Positions 24,813-38,220 of a stretch of 64,000 bases of DNA are shown in pieces. Each line of letters opens with the position of its first letter. Within the stretch, counting starts at the first letter, position 1. Both the position numbers and the translations under genes were made by a program. Origin of the DNA: Octopus sinensis (Eukaryota); assembly GCF_006345805.1 (NCBI RefSeq), contig NW_021833930.1:1-64000 (forward strand), in the 5' to 3' direction. Below the pieces are notes generated by a model, which was not told the DNA's origin, ran no database searches, and was given only the letters and a program-made list of their open reading frames with translations.

Positions 24813-25292
24813 TATAAAGTACGGACAAAATACTGCTAAGTATTTTTCCTGGTTTGCTAAGAATCCTGCCAGCTTACCACCTTAATAATAATCTTTCCTA
24901 CTATAAGTGCAAGACCTGAAATTTTAGGGGAGGGGGCTAGTTGATTACATTGACCCCGGTACTCAACTGGTACTTAATTTATCGACCCTGAAACAGTGAA
25001 AGGCAAAGTTGACCTTGGGGGAATTTGAACTCAGAACATAGTGACAGGCAAAATACCACTAAACATTTCATCCAGCGTGCTAATGATTCTGCTAGCTCAC
25101 TGCCTTAATAAGGATAATAATAATAATAATCCTCTCTACTATAGTATTGGATTGGTAGATGGAAACTGAAAGAACCCCATCGTGTATGTATGTATATATA
25201 TATATATCCTCCTTCTTTCCTGAGCGTCCAATAATACTATATTTGTTCCACGTCCTCACGTTGTGTTTTTTTGTGTTTTCTTGTTTGAATTA

Positions 25293-25331
<39 letters not shown>

Positions 25332-25776
25332 ATATGTATGAATATATGTATGTATGTGTGTGTATATGTTTGTCCTCACCAGCATTGCTTGACAACCGAT
25401 GCCAGTGTGTTTACGTCCCCATAACAGAACAAGTACTAGGCTTACTAAGAATAAGTCCTGGGGTCGATTTGCTCGACTAAAGGCGGTGCTCCAGCTTGGC
25501 CACAGTCAAATGACTGCAAAAAGTAAAAGAAAAAGAGTAAACACATACATTAGATGTGTAATAATTCAATTGCATATTATGCACTTAGTTATGCATGTCA
25601 TCCACTGGTCTGAGGGAAAACTGTTTTGTCTGAGACCAACCCAAAGGTTGGGAATTGCAGCTGCAGATCACCCATATGTCATAGACTGAGCCCAAGTTAT
25701 TACAATTGATCAGGTATAACTTTTACAGCACAGGAAAATCCAAAACAGACAAAGAACTGGAGCGTTCAAGACCAAA

Positions 25777-26178
25777 TCTCTATATATATAAAACTGAAGT
25801 TGTCTGTCTGTATGTGGCAGGTTTGGTAGCCTTCAACTAACATTATCTACTCCAAGACCCTGCGGCGCAAGTTGACCAAAATTGAGAGTATGATAGAGGA
25901 AGGCTTGCTCTTCCTTCCGTAGAAGATGAAATTCAAATCGGACCATGTTAACACCAAAATTTATTTACATCAAAAAAGTGCTTTTTTTTTCTATGAAAAT
26001 CCCTATTTTTTTAATGATTTTTTTACTGTTGTGTCGCCTTTTTTTCGGTGTATTTCAACCAGAAAAATGTTCACTTAAAGAGAATAACAAGCTAGATAAT
26101 GCAAAATTTTTACTTTTCAAAAATTCCAATTCTAAAGGGGTCAAAACAAACCCAAGCAACGCCGGGCAATACTACTAG
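25777..26178 (+). mobile_element. Non-autonomous Helitron
   Basis: A|TCTCTATATATATAAAA 5' end and ..CCCAAGCAACGCCGGGCAATACTACTAG|T 3' end; inserted between A and T with no TSD. Confidence 0.8.
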
Positions 26179-26609
26179 TATCATGTATACAGTGTGACTG
26201 GAAATTTCTCTCTGTCTCTATATTTCAATTGTTTTTTCCAACTCCACTCACTCTCTCCCCTTCTCTCTTTCTCTATACATATATAACTGTATAAAATAAG
26301 ATATATTACATACATACATACATACAAGCATTTCTAAATGTAAGTGAATTTACATGTATAATTCAAATAAAGCATGTCTTGCTTCAGAAACACAAATGAT
26401 TGTTTTAAGTAACATCAGAAGACGTGATAGCAATCAAAAATGTACCGACATGAAACAAGGCTGGCAACAATATTGTCAAGCGTATCAATGAATCTACTTA
26501 TATGTAAATAGAACTCTATATTCAGCATTATCTTCTTTCATAATAGTAAATTGATATGATTACCAGATAAGAATATGTATGCGCAAATATAAATATGTAT
26601 GTATGCATG

Positions 26610-26629
<20 letters not shown>

Positions 26630-26642
<13 letters not shown>

Positions 26643-26670
26643 ATATACCTATAAATATATACATATACAC

Positions 26671-26701
<31 letters not shown>

Positions 26702-26804
26702 TATATATATATACACATGTATGTATATACCTATAAATATATACACATACACACATATATATATATATACACATGTATGTATATACCTATAAATATATAC
26801 ATAT

Positions 26805-26837
<33 letters not shown>

Positions 26838-26880
26838 CACATGTATGTATATACCTATAAATATATACACATATATATAT
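26630..26880. repeat. Higher-order repeat of CATGTATGTATATACCTATAAATATATAC + (TA)/(CA) units (4 copies)
   Basis: Direct reading. Confidence 0.85.
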
Positions 26881-26972
26881 TATATATACACATATATAAA
26901 CGTGTAAATAATATATTCATATACATATAGATATGCATATATACATATGTATATTTGCATCTGTGTATATGC

Positions 26973-27015
<43 letters not shown>

Positions 27016-27029
27016 GAGAGAGAGAGAGA

Positions 27030-27890
27030 GGGTGCGATGAGTAAATTGTCGCCATTTTATATTTTTGTTATTTCACGCATGCACATTGTTTATTTTTGAT
27101 GTTGCCGACTACACAGTATAGTAGGGTCCGTTAGGCACCGTCTGTTTGAAAAAACAGCACCATGATGCAATTCAAATTCACTCTGCCAGAAATTCGGAAA
27201 CGACATGATATATTGCTTGACATTTGTATCGGGAGCGCCAATACGAACATTTCAAAGTGTTTGGGTGTCAATCTGAGGACATGTACCAAGAGTGATAAAA
27301 ATCAAACATCCAGTCAACTTTATGGGTGTTTGGCGTGATCACTAGTGATGGTGACGTTATGCCTCCATTCATCTTCCCACACAGCCCCAGACTGAACATG
27401 GAGGCCTTCATCAAGTGCCTGGAGGAGGTAGTGCTACCCTGGATGAAGATGTTTGCTAGAAGACTCTCCATGTCTGGCAATAGGACTCTGCACCATGTCA
27501 CACAAGCATGAGGACCCAGTCATGGATGTCAGACTATTTCTGCGAGCACATCACCTTTAACATCTAACCACCTAACTCCCCAGACTGCAATCTCCTTGAT
27601 TATTACGTGTAGGGTACAGTTGAGAGGGAGACCAATAAAATTCCTTGTAACCCCCAAAAATGAACCTAAGGCAAGAATTATGGCAGCATTCACCAACTTA
27701 AACAAGGGGACCGTCCAGAAGAGTTGCAGGAGATTCCGAAGTCGTCTAGAGGCCGTGATTAAAGCCAATGGCGATTTTATTGAATAAATTTACACTCCAG
27801 TATTTCAAGATATTTTTTTAATGTAATTTAGATAAATATATCTGTTAAATTTAGATGTCAGGGTAATTTTCCTTTTCGCGTAATTTAGAC
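27030..27890 (+). pseudogene. Deleted DD37D (maT) Tc1/mariner transposase pseudogene
   Basis: N-terminal MMQFKFTLPEIRKRHDILL..; catalytic part VFGVITSDGDVMPPFIFP..WQ*DSAPCH..*PPNSPDCNLLDYYV*G..RSRLEAVIKANGDFIE*. There are 37 residues between the second and third Asp; stops and frameshifts present. Confidence 0.85.
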
Positions 27891-27945
27891 TAGTGTTACT
27901 CAAAGTGATGGTCCGCAGACGGTTGCCGCTCCGTGAACCATCAGC
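27891..27945 (+). mobile_element. hAT (Charlie-like) left end
   Basis: TAGTGTTACTCAAAGTGATGGTCCGCAGAC resembles CAGTGGTTCTCAAAGTGTGGTCC-type hAT termini; right end not found. Confidence 0.45.
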
Positions 27946-28062
27946 GATGGTCCGCAGACGGTTGCCGCTCCGTGAACCATCAGCGATGGTCCGCAGACGG
28001 TTGCCGCTCCGTGAACCATCAGCGATGGTCCGCAGACGGTTGCCGCTCCGTGAACCATCAGC
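27907..28062. repeat. Four identical 39-bp tandem units
   Basis: GATGGTCCGCAGACGGTTGCCGCTCCGTGAACCATCAGC x4 with no spacers. Confidence 0.95.
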
Positions 28063-28527
28063 TGCTGGTACGCTGCGAGTTTCCAGAAAAGAAACATTAT
28101 AAAATGTTTATGTAATATTGTATTATTTGTTTACAAAATAAATATAGGATAAAAATTGTCGAAATAACACAAGGGCACTGAAATTTTGTGTCTAAAGTCC
28201 ATCTGGTGACGTTGATCGCCTGGGGCTAAAAGCATCAGTAACACCCCACCCCCAGTGGCTAGCCACATTCAGATGGCTAGTACACCTTACGTTTATATAT
28301 ATTGTTTCCGATATAAATTAATATTACTAGGAAATATTATCGGTCCTTGGCACACAGGAAAAAACGAATAATGCCGGTACGCCAGATCAGATAGTTTGAG
28401 TCGCACTGATTTAGACGACAGTTTATTCCCTGCACCGTGTATAAGGTTCAAATGTACAAAAGACAAAAGAAAATGACAGGTGAGGGAACAGGTGTATCGG
28501 TTAGACACTTGGGGAAGAATGGAAAAG

Positions 28528-28565
28528 TCTTTGACGTTTCGAGCCTACACTCTTTGACAGAAATG
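28528..28565 (-). ncRNA. Degraded hammerhead motif (same family as 7970 and 46252)
   Basis: AUUU-CUGUCAA-A-GAGU(GUAG)GCUC-GAAAC-GU-C-AAAGA; G8 mutated. Confidence 0.45.
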
Positions 28566-28673
28566 GTTGAGAGGAAAAGAAAATGCGTCGGGATTAACGG
28601 TTCCGCATGATGAATATATATATATATAATATTATATATATATATAATAATATATATATATATATATATACAC

Positions 28674-28798
28674 ACTTTATAATTAGGGTTCAGCAAAGAT
28701 TTGCTTAAAGTAGAAGAAATAGCTAAGGTTTTTTGGCTGCTATTTCTAAACTTCGGTATGTGGTAAAGCAAATCTTTGCTGAACCCTAATTATAAAGT
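28674..28798. repeat. 33-bp perfect inverted repeat enclosing a 9-bp hairpin
   Basis: 28674-28706 vs 28766-28798; inner AGAAATAGC/GCTATTTCT. A related non-inverted sequence lies at about 30560-30740. Confidence 0.9.
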
Positions 28799-29068
28799 AT
28801 TACTTAAGTTTACCGTGAAATGGTCCTTTTTCATGCCGAATTCTACTTGGTGAAATTATTGATTACTTCTTAATAAATTAGTTTTACCTTTGTTATTATA
28901 TATATATACACATACGTACATATTCCATCAAAACAATATATATATATATTATATATATATATATATACACACACACATTCCATTAAAAACTATATGTGTG
29001 TGTGTATACACACATATCTGTATAAAATATATGTACATATACGCACGTAAGACATATATAATATACAT

Positions 29069-29119
<51 letters not shown>

Positions 29120-29428
29120 ATATATATTGTGTGTGTGTGTACAGATATGTGCCAATGTTTGTACAGATATTGTTGTAAACATATTTGTGTATATATACAG
29201 ACACACACATATATTCGAATAACTGGTTCATTCCACATGGATGTATTAATGCCATTTGCACATTCCCCTATAATCCATTGTTTGTAGAATATGAAAACAT
29301 ACAGAACGGTAACCTTTTGTAGAACACAGGCAGTGCCAACATCTCGCACTGAGTGAGAAAAATTCCAAGTACCGTAAACGACTCATGATTCACCCATCTT
29401 CTTCCATACATATTCATGTGGGTGTGTG

Positions 29429-29468
<40 letters not shown>

Positions 29469-29855
29469 GTGTGTGTGTGTGTGTGTGTATTATATATACA
29501 CAGACATACTCACACAGCATGTGCACGTGTTGGTGTAAATTCAATATTTCCTAAGAAGAAATTGACTTACACATACAACATAGATGGCTCTTGTAATTTG
29601 ACAATTAGTGATAAAGGCAGATAATTGGGGCTAATTGATTGTCAAGCAAAACTCATTGAAGTGTGTATTTGTGATATACATATTTATTTATATATATGTG
29701 TGTGTGTTGTGTTGTGTGTTAGTTTTATAAATATTAACGTGTAACCAGTTTAGCTTTAAAAAAAACCCTTTGAAAGACAAAAAGTCGAGGGGTGTCGATG
29801 GGACACAAATCCATTTCTTGTGCAGGACGTAAACAATATACACGTACACACACAG

Positions 29856-29890
<35 letters not shown>

Positions 29891-30487
29891 CATACATAGA
29901 GAGAGAGAGAGAGAGATACTGTAGTACTACGTTTAGAGACTTAATTCATTATATCGACGTCCACCCACCCGAAACCTAACCATTTTATCTTGTTCTTCAG
30001 TAGTTATCTTCAATACTGTTATTCTTGTGTGTTAACACAGTTTATAAATCACAATATTTGCGGTATTTATGCAAAGAGGTATATATATATTTTCATTGCG
30101 ACATTTTAGCTATTTAATCATATATTTGTACCTTTGAAATAAATAAGACCATTATTATTATTGTTCATTCCATCTCTGGCAAGAATTTCTCTTCTACTGA
30201 ATTAATTCGGTTATGGGAATGATAATGTTAAAAAGGGCAGTTTAATTTTGGCATGAGGAATATGAGAAAATGTTGAGGCTGAAATGGTAAGTGGAACGGG
30301 TGAGAAAGAGATGAATAGAAAATGAAAAGACAAGAGGAGTCAGCAGAACATGAGAATATATCTGTGTGTGTGTGTGTGTGTGTGTCGCTATTTCGAAATG
30401 AAAATGTCTTCGAGAAAGAGTAAAAAAAAAAGAGAGAGATCGGAATATGCGCGTGTTTATGATGCTTGTGTGTATTTAGACATGTAT

Positions 30488-30520
<33 letters not shown>

Positions 30521-32565
30521 CACATGTATACATGGTTTGGGAGACTCTTCTTATAGTAGGAGAAATAGCTAAATTCTTTGGCTGCTATTTCTAAAAAGTT
30601 CGGTGTGTGGTAAAGTAAATTATTTTGCTGAACCCTAATTATATAAAGTAATGTTTTAAATATACCGTAAATGGTCTTTTTACATACTGAACACTGCTTG
30701 GTAAAATTATTAATTACTAATTAATTAATTTTACCCTTATTATTATTGACTATATATATATATACATTCATAAATACATGATTATGTATGTATACTTATG
30801 AATACGTATGTGCATCCTTGGGTAATTTGAATCAGCATCATTAAATGCAGCAGCTTACATTTTATCAAAATAATAATAATAAACCTCATCTTTTCATTGA
30901 AACGTTTTAGAAATACAAACTAATAATATACGAGGTTTAAGAAGACCCTTTATCGAAGGGAACTCATCAACTAATCAAAGAATAAAACCTCGAAGAAAGA
31001 AAATATACATATAAATATAGGTACAACATTATTTTATAATATAAAAGTGAACGGTTCCGAGTAAATATGTTATAAATTGTTGACAAGGTGTAAGTAATTA
31101 TAATTCATTTTTTTTTTAATTTCCTCGACTTAGAACTTATGTAAAAAGCTGGTGGGTTTTAGGGGGTTTCATTTTTATTCGGGTCAAACTTATATATCGA
31201 ATCGTTGAGTCACTATTTAGTGATGTGGTTATTATTAAATAATTGAACTCGATAATACAGACACGAATGCAATAAAATATGCTTCTTCAACACTGGCACG
31301 AGGCCACACATTTTGAGAGAAAGCGAAGATGTACAGTCGCTTTATAAATCGACCTAGAATCTGACTGATAAAATAAAACATCGTAAAATAATATAATAAA
31401 CCTTGGATAATACTTACATGACAAGTGGGTAATACTACAACAGTCCTCTGGCGGGCAAATATTAATCGAAGAGGGTCGCTTAAAAGCACAAAGGTAAAAA
31501 CAAACCATCGAATGCCGTGCATAATTTCTGGTGATGTTTTTTAATGTTTAAAGTGTTTTTCGTTTTGTCTTAGACAAGGTACAAAACACCTGAAGAGGGT
31601 CATCAACGTTGATGGCGGTAGGCAGTGTAATCAAGACGAATAAAACGGGAAAACGATGAAGATAATAAAGATAAACGATCAAGAGATTAACTTGGTGTTA
31701 GAGCTTAAGGGGTGTGAGACGATCCTGATGGATTATAAAACAATAGCAATTAACAACAAGGAGGGAACAACGATGGTCTTTCACATTTCTTGTGTCAGTT
31801 GTTTATGACCATCATAACGGTATAATTAGAAAACGAGATAATCCCCGTGTAAGGTAAACAACCGTTCACTTTCTCTATTGAGAAAAACAGAAAAAAGAAA
31901 ATCCCAGGTGCTTAATTAACGATAGCAACACAGCTCCTTCTCAGAATATACACAATTTTATACACTATATATGTGTGTATACACAGATAAGACTAGCTAT
32001 ACTGTGTATATAATTGACTGAATGTACGTGATACACTTTCAGGAACGGTCTACTAGCTCTCGCTCTCTCTCCAAGACTGGCCTACACTGCTCCGTTTATA
32101 TCAAGTCAAAGCACATCGCTCACAAGCTGTCACCCTCCCCTTCCTTTCCTCTCATTATTTTTCTACCTGCTTCCTCCCCTTCTCTTTCCTTCTTTCCCTA
32201 TATATTTCACTATATCTCATTCCGAATGTCTGTTTCTCTCACACACTCTCTCTTTATCTATCTATCTATCTATCTATCTAGCTGCAATTATACCCTCTCT
32301 CTCTTCGTTTTCTATTCACTCTTTCTCTCGCTTTTTACTATATTCCCTCCGCTTGCGTATCTCTCTCTTTCTCTCTCTCAAACTCTCTATCTATCTATAA
32401 ATGTGTGTCTCTAGCTTAACCATCACATCTGTATTGCATTCCTACTACTACTACTATTACTACTCCTACTACTACTGTAGTACTTCATTTTCTCTTTCTC
32501 TAGTGATAGCCCACCCTTTTCCTCCGTGTTGTACTCTTACTTTCTTCCCCCTCTCTCTCTTTCTC

Positions 32566-32628
<63 letters not shown>

Positions 32629-32682
32629 GTGTGCAGCCCTGTGTGGCTAATAAAGAAACATATCTATCTATCTATCTATCTA

Positions 32683-32717
<35 letters not shown>

Positions 32718-32847
32718 CAGAAACTGAAATATAAATTAGAGATGAAACCCCTATTATGCAACTCAAACAGTGATAGACATAAACCAAAACATAAATATCC
32801 AATATATATATAATAATAATTTTTTTAAATAACTTATAGCTAGATCT

Positions 32848-33125
32848 AGTGGAGGCGCAATGGCCCTGTGGTTAGAGCAGCGGACTCGCGGTCGTAGGAT
32901 CGCGGTTTCGATTCCCAGACCGGGCGTTGTCAGTGTTTATTGAACGAAAACACCTAAAAGCTCCACGAGGCTCTGGCAGGGATGGTGGTGATCCCTGCTG
33001 TACTCTTTCACCACAACTTTCTCTCACTCTTACTTCTTGTTTCTGTTGTACCTGTATTTCATATGCATCTATGCATGCAAGTATGTATGCATGTATGTAT
33101 GTATGCATGCATGTATGTATATATT

Positions 33126-33156
<31 letters not shown>

Positions 33157-33330
33157 CCGTGTTTGTCCACCCACCATCACTTGACAACAGATGTTAGTGT
33201 GTTTGCGTCCCCGTAACTTAGCGGTTCAGCAAAAGAGACTGATAGAATAAGTCCTGGGGTCGATTTGTTCAACTAAAGGCGGTGCTCCAGCATGGCCGCA
33301 GTTTATATGACTGAAACAAGTTAAAGAACG
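32848..33330 (+). mobile_element. Family C SINE 5' part fused via a microsatellite to a family B 3' half
   Basis: GTGGAGGCGCAATGGCCCTGTGGTTAGAGCAGCGGACTCGCGG..GGTTTCGATTCCC head; B-type tail from about 33150. Confidence 0.8.
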
Positions 33331-33876
33331 TGTATGTGTGCGTGTGTGCAGCCACCAAATTTTTCTCCCTGAAAGGGGTTTTTCATACCAATATTTACAT
33401 GCAATTTTTTTTATAGCTTTATATGCTTCGTGATCCTCTGTTCCAATATGCAGTCTCTTAAAGTTTCTATTACCCGCTTTTCTCGATTTACAATTTCCTC
33501 ATTTGCTCTCTCTCTCTTTCTCACTCCCTCTGTATTTTTTCTCCCTCTTTCTCACTAGTATTTCTTTTTCCCCCTCCCACACTATATAATTTTCAACTTT
33601 CGCTCTTTCTTTTCATTTTACTCCCCCCTCTCTCTTTCCCCCTCCCTCGCTCTTCATGCAATTCCCTTAAAACTGCCTCTTTTTTTCTGTTCCCTTTCAA
33701 TAAAAACAGTTTTCTAAACAACCCCATCAACCGTCTCTTTCATTCTTCCTTCTCTTTCTGGGGATCTTTTCGGTTTGAACGACAGTTTTTTTTCTATCGG
33801 TGTCATATGAAATTGTCAAGTGTTGGTGGTGCGGGGTGCAAACACAAGCACACATACACACACACATATATATTTA

Positions 33877-34326
33877 CCGTAAATCCTTGAGTATAGTCCG
33901 CCCTTGAGTATAATACGCAGGGGATTTTTAGGGGGCTGTTTCTCTGAAAAACCTAAACCTTGTGTATAACACGCACCACTTCTCTAACTTGAGTTTGTAA
34001 AAATGTATACGGTAACGTCCTTTATTATTATTGTATATATAACATACTGCAAACGTGTAGCTTTTTTGTGCATTTTGTTTGCAGAAAATAAAGAAATAAC
34101 AGTAATAATGTTTAATAAATGTTGCTAACTGCAAGTTATAGATGATTTAAGGTATTTTCGCGCCCAACATCATAAAATGCGTCTGAATAAACATTGCAGA
34201 CAGCAAATAGAGACTCGGACATTGCTTAGAAAATAATTATTTTTAACCTCGTATATCGTACGCACTAGGGATTTTGACCTTTAAATTTTGGGGAAAAAAG
34301 TGCGGATTATACTCGAGTATTAACGA
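33877..34326. mobile_element. pogo/Tc2-type MITE
   Basis: TA|CCGTAAATCCTTGAGTATAGTCCGC ... GCGGATTATACTCGAGTATTAACGA|TA; homologous to 38639-39158. Confidence 0.8.
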
Positions 34327-34909
34327 TATATACATATATGTATGTGTGTGTGTAATATATATATATATATCATCATCATCATCATCATCATCATCGTTTA
34401 ACGTCCGCTTTCCATGCTAGCATGGGTTGGACGATTTTGACTGAGGGCTGGCGAACCAGATGGCTGCACCAGGCTCCAATCTTGATCTGGCAGAGTTTCT
34501 ACAGCTTGATGCCCTTCCTAACGCCAACCACTCCGAGAGTGTAGTGGGTGCTTTTTACGTGCTACCGGCACGGGGGCCAGTCAGGCGATACTAGCAACGA
34601 CCTCGTTCGAATCTTTTTTACACGTGCCACTAGCACAGGTTCCAGTGAAGCGACGTTGCTAACGATCACGCTCGAATGGTGCCCTTTTACGTGTCACGGG
34701 TGCGGAAGCCAGTTGGCTGCACTGGCAACGATCACGCTCGGATTGGCACCCTACTAGCACATGCACAAGTGCCAGTAAGGCGACGCTGGTAACGATCATA
34801 CTCGAACGGAAGCCGGTTAGCCGCTCTGTCAACGATCACACTTGTATGGTGCTCTTTGCAACCCGCAAGCACGGATGCCAGTCATCGAATTGATTCTGGT
34901 TTTGATTAT

Positions 34910-34970
<61 letters not shown>

Positions 34971-35164
34971 ATATATATATGACTTAACTATAGATGTGTA
35001 CCCCCACCCCAACTTGGTGTGCCTCATAACTGCCAGACAAATGGATACATTTTAACGAAATTTTCAAACAAATACCGCTTGATGCTGTGGATTCAGAGTA
35101 TTTAGGGATTTATGGGAAATAATTTTTCCGGAGATGTGAGGAGAGGATTTTCGGAAAAATTCTC

Positions 35165-35790
35165 ACGATCTATCTATCTGCGGCTTTATATAGCTATGGT
35201 AAGACCTCACCTGGAATTGACTGCATCATTTGCATCACCGGTCTGGAACCCCTATCTTGCCAGGATATCAATCGTCTGGAAGCTGTTCAGCGACATGCAA
35301 CCAAAAGAGATACCCTCCATCAGGCATTTGCCATATCCTGAACGCCTTACTTCCCTGCATGGACACATTGAAACTCCGACGTCTGGCAGCTGACTTGGCA
35401 GACACCCATAAAATTATCAACACATCGTACAAACAATAACTCTGAGCACCTTTTCAAACTCCCCCGTCTAAACCCCCTGGACATATTTACAAGTAAGAAA
35501 ACACCACAGCTCCCATGACTTCAGGAAACATTTTTCACCTGAGAGTTGCTGAAGCATGGAACAAACTGCCGGCATCAGTTGTTAGTTGTCGGAGCATGCA
35601 TCCTTCAAAACTTCCATGCTTCTGAGATTCGCCAACACTACACTTGATTTTTCCCTCCCCTCCATACACACACAAGCATGTATCTGACTCATACATTGTT
35701 CGCTTCCCAGACATTTCTACTCATTACTACATGTACTTTATATGCACTTCTGACAAGTTGTGGTTGCACCTGAGCATGTATACCAATAAT
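35165..35790 (+). mobile_element. CR1/L2-type LINE 3' fragment
   Basis: LYIAMVRPHLE..ASPVWNPYL.. RT C-terminal motif, LKLRRLAADL.., AWNKLP, then 3' UTR and (ATT)n tail. Homologous copy at 54481-54885. Confidence 0.85.
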
Positions 35791-35874
35791 TTCATTATTA
35801 TTATTATCTAACTTTTTTCCCTCATAACTTTCAGGAAAATGGATATATTTTAATGAAATTTTATACAAATACCT

Positions 35875-36112
35875 ATTTCTATTTCTTTATTACCCACAAA
35901 GGGCTTAACACAGAGGGGACAAACAAGGACAGACATAGGTATTAAGTCGATTACATCGACCCCAGTGCGTAACTGGTACTTAATTTATCGACCCCGAAAG
36001 GATGAAAGGCAAAGTCGACCTCGGTGGAATTTGAACTCAGAACGTAACGGCAGACGAAATACCGCTAAGCATTTCGCCCGGCGTGCTAACGTTTCTGCCA
36101 GCTCGCCGCCTT
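35875..36112 (-). mobile_element. Young full-length SINE family A
   Basis: 18-bp TSD AATTTTATACAAATACCT at 35857-35874 and 36113-36130; tRNA A/B boxes; central GCCTTTCATCCTTTCGGGGTCGATAAAT resembles the Meta-SINE domain (from memory). Confidence 0.9.
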
Positions 36113-36611
36113 AATTTTATACAAATACCTTTCAAACGGCATAGATTACGATTATAAAGAAATTTATGAGGAAAATCTTTTTGCAGGGGGTGGTGAGGGG
36201 AGTTTCGAAAAAACAGAGTTTTGGATTAGGAAGACCAATGAAGTTGGAACTCTTCATACATTTTCCTCAAAGCTGCCTCTCCTTTCTGTTCCCTTTCAAT
36301 AAAAACGGTTTTCTAAACAACCCCATCCACCGTTTCTTTCATTTTTCCCTTCTCTTTCTCGTGTTTTCCTTCATTCTTTCTTATTTTTTTCTCACACCAT
36401 CACTGCCTCTAATTTTCCTATTTGACAGGGATTTTTCGTATTTTTTTTTATTTCAGCACAGCCTTCAAAATGGTGTGGAGCATCTTTTTATGAAAAAAAA
36501 GGGTCTCAAATCCACCGCCCCCTCCCCCACACACATTTTCCTCACCCTCCCACTCCAGACGGATTTTGGCCAATTTCTTTTTAAACTTAAAAATCATGGA
36601 AGGAGCCCTTT

Positions 36612-37036
36612 TCTTTTACTCTTTAACTTGTTTCAGTCATTTGACTGTGGCCATGCTGGAGCACCGCCTTTAGTCGAGCAAATCGACCCCAGGACTTATA
36701 CTTTGTAAACCTTGTACTTATTCTATCGGTCTCTTTTGCCAAACCGCTAAGTTACGGGGACGTAAACCCACCAGCATCGGTTGTCAAGCGATGTTGGGGG
36801 GACAAACACAGACATACAAACGTATGCAAACACACATACATACATCCCCCCATATATATATATATATTCATACATATATACGACTGGCTTCTTTCAGTTT
36901 CCATCAACCAAATCCACTCACAAGGCTTTGGTCAGTCCGAAGCTATAGTAGAAGACACTTGCCCAAGGTGCCACGCAGTAGGACTGAACTCGGAACTATG
37001 TGGTTTGCAAGCAAACTACTTACCACACAGCCACTC
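36612..37036 (-). mobile_element. Full-length SINE family B
   Basis: Matches the family consensus seen in the window. Confidence 0.9.
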
Positions 37037-37074
37037 GTAAAAAAGATTTAAAAAATTAATATTTTCAGGCAAGG

Positions 37075-37412
37075 CCGATACAGCTTGGCACCATTGACGT
37101 CGCAGCTCATTTATTAATGTGCAAGTTGCTGAGCACTCCACAGACACGTGTACCCTTAACGTAGTTCTCGGGGAGATTCAGCGTGACAAGGCTGGCCCTT
37201 TGAAATACAGGTACAACAGAAACAGGAAGAAAGAGTGAGAGAAAGTTGTGGTGAAAGAGTACAGCAGGGTTCACCACCACCCCTGCCGGAGTCTCGTAGA
37301 GCTATAGGTGTTTTCGCTCAATAAACACTCAGAATGCCCGGTCTGGGAATCGAAACCGCGATCCTACGACCGCGAGTCCGCTGCCCTAACCACTGGGCCA
37401 TTGCGCATCCAC
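37075..37412 (-). mobile_element. SINE family C
   Basis: Reverse complement of the 57234-57626 family. Confidence 0.8.
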
Positions 37413-37992
37413 CATATATCTATATATCACCATAATCCAATTATGTACAGCTGTCTGTCATTTGTCATTCAATCTATTGAAAGTCCTATGGTGGTGAAAG
37501 AGTGATGACACATGCAGAGCAAACCACTTGGAAACGTAAAAGTGAGTTACAGCAATTCGGCTCACGATTTTAAGGTCGTGAGTTCAATTTCTGGCGATGC
37601 CATGTGTCTTTGAGTAAGACACATTATTTTTCATTGCAGACGTAACTGGGATAACTCCGACATAAAACCTGCGGCTCAATGGTTACCGATGATGTTGACT
37701 TGTTCTTCTTTTCGGATTATGGCTGCTGTTGCTTAGTGAGTGAGATTGACGCAGTGCACAGCCTTTCCTCACTTCAAAAAATCTTCTTGCACAGGCATTG
37801 CACGATAACAACATTGTTCATGATTGTTGATAATGCTGTGAGTATCAACTGAATGGCTGGCTGTAGCCTTAAAAAGCAAATAAAAGGCACGTTCGATCAC
37901 AGCACCAATAACAGTTAACCTTCGTGCAATGGCCATACTCGATAACGAGGGAGCAGCCATCATGTATGTATGTATGTATGTATGTATGTATG

Positions 37993-38023
<31 letters not shown>

Positions 38024-38220
38024 GTATATATGTATGTATGTATGTATGTCATTATTCAGTTTTATTTCAAGACTTCCTTCCAATAAGGAAAGAGTTGGAT
38101 TCTAACCAAGATCCATAATTCCTTCACTGGAATCTCAACAACATCAACAGAGTATTTTTGCATGTATGTGTGTGTATATGTGCAGTATTTAGAGTCAATG
38201 CATGTGTAGATTTGTATGTT

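Noticed and set aside
27893-28102. ORF MVRRRLPLREPSA x4 and CRISPR-like hairpin repeats
   Set aside because: Spacer-less 39-bp tandem repeat in a eukaryotic transposon end; the ORF results from the unit length being divisible by 3.
31590-31616. CTGAAGA followed by a long hairpin, hammerhead-like
   Set aside because: No GAAA, stem III or cleavage triplet follows; at best a truncated remnant.
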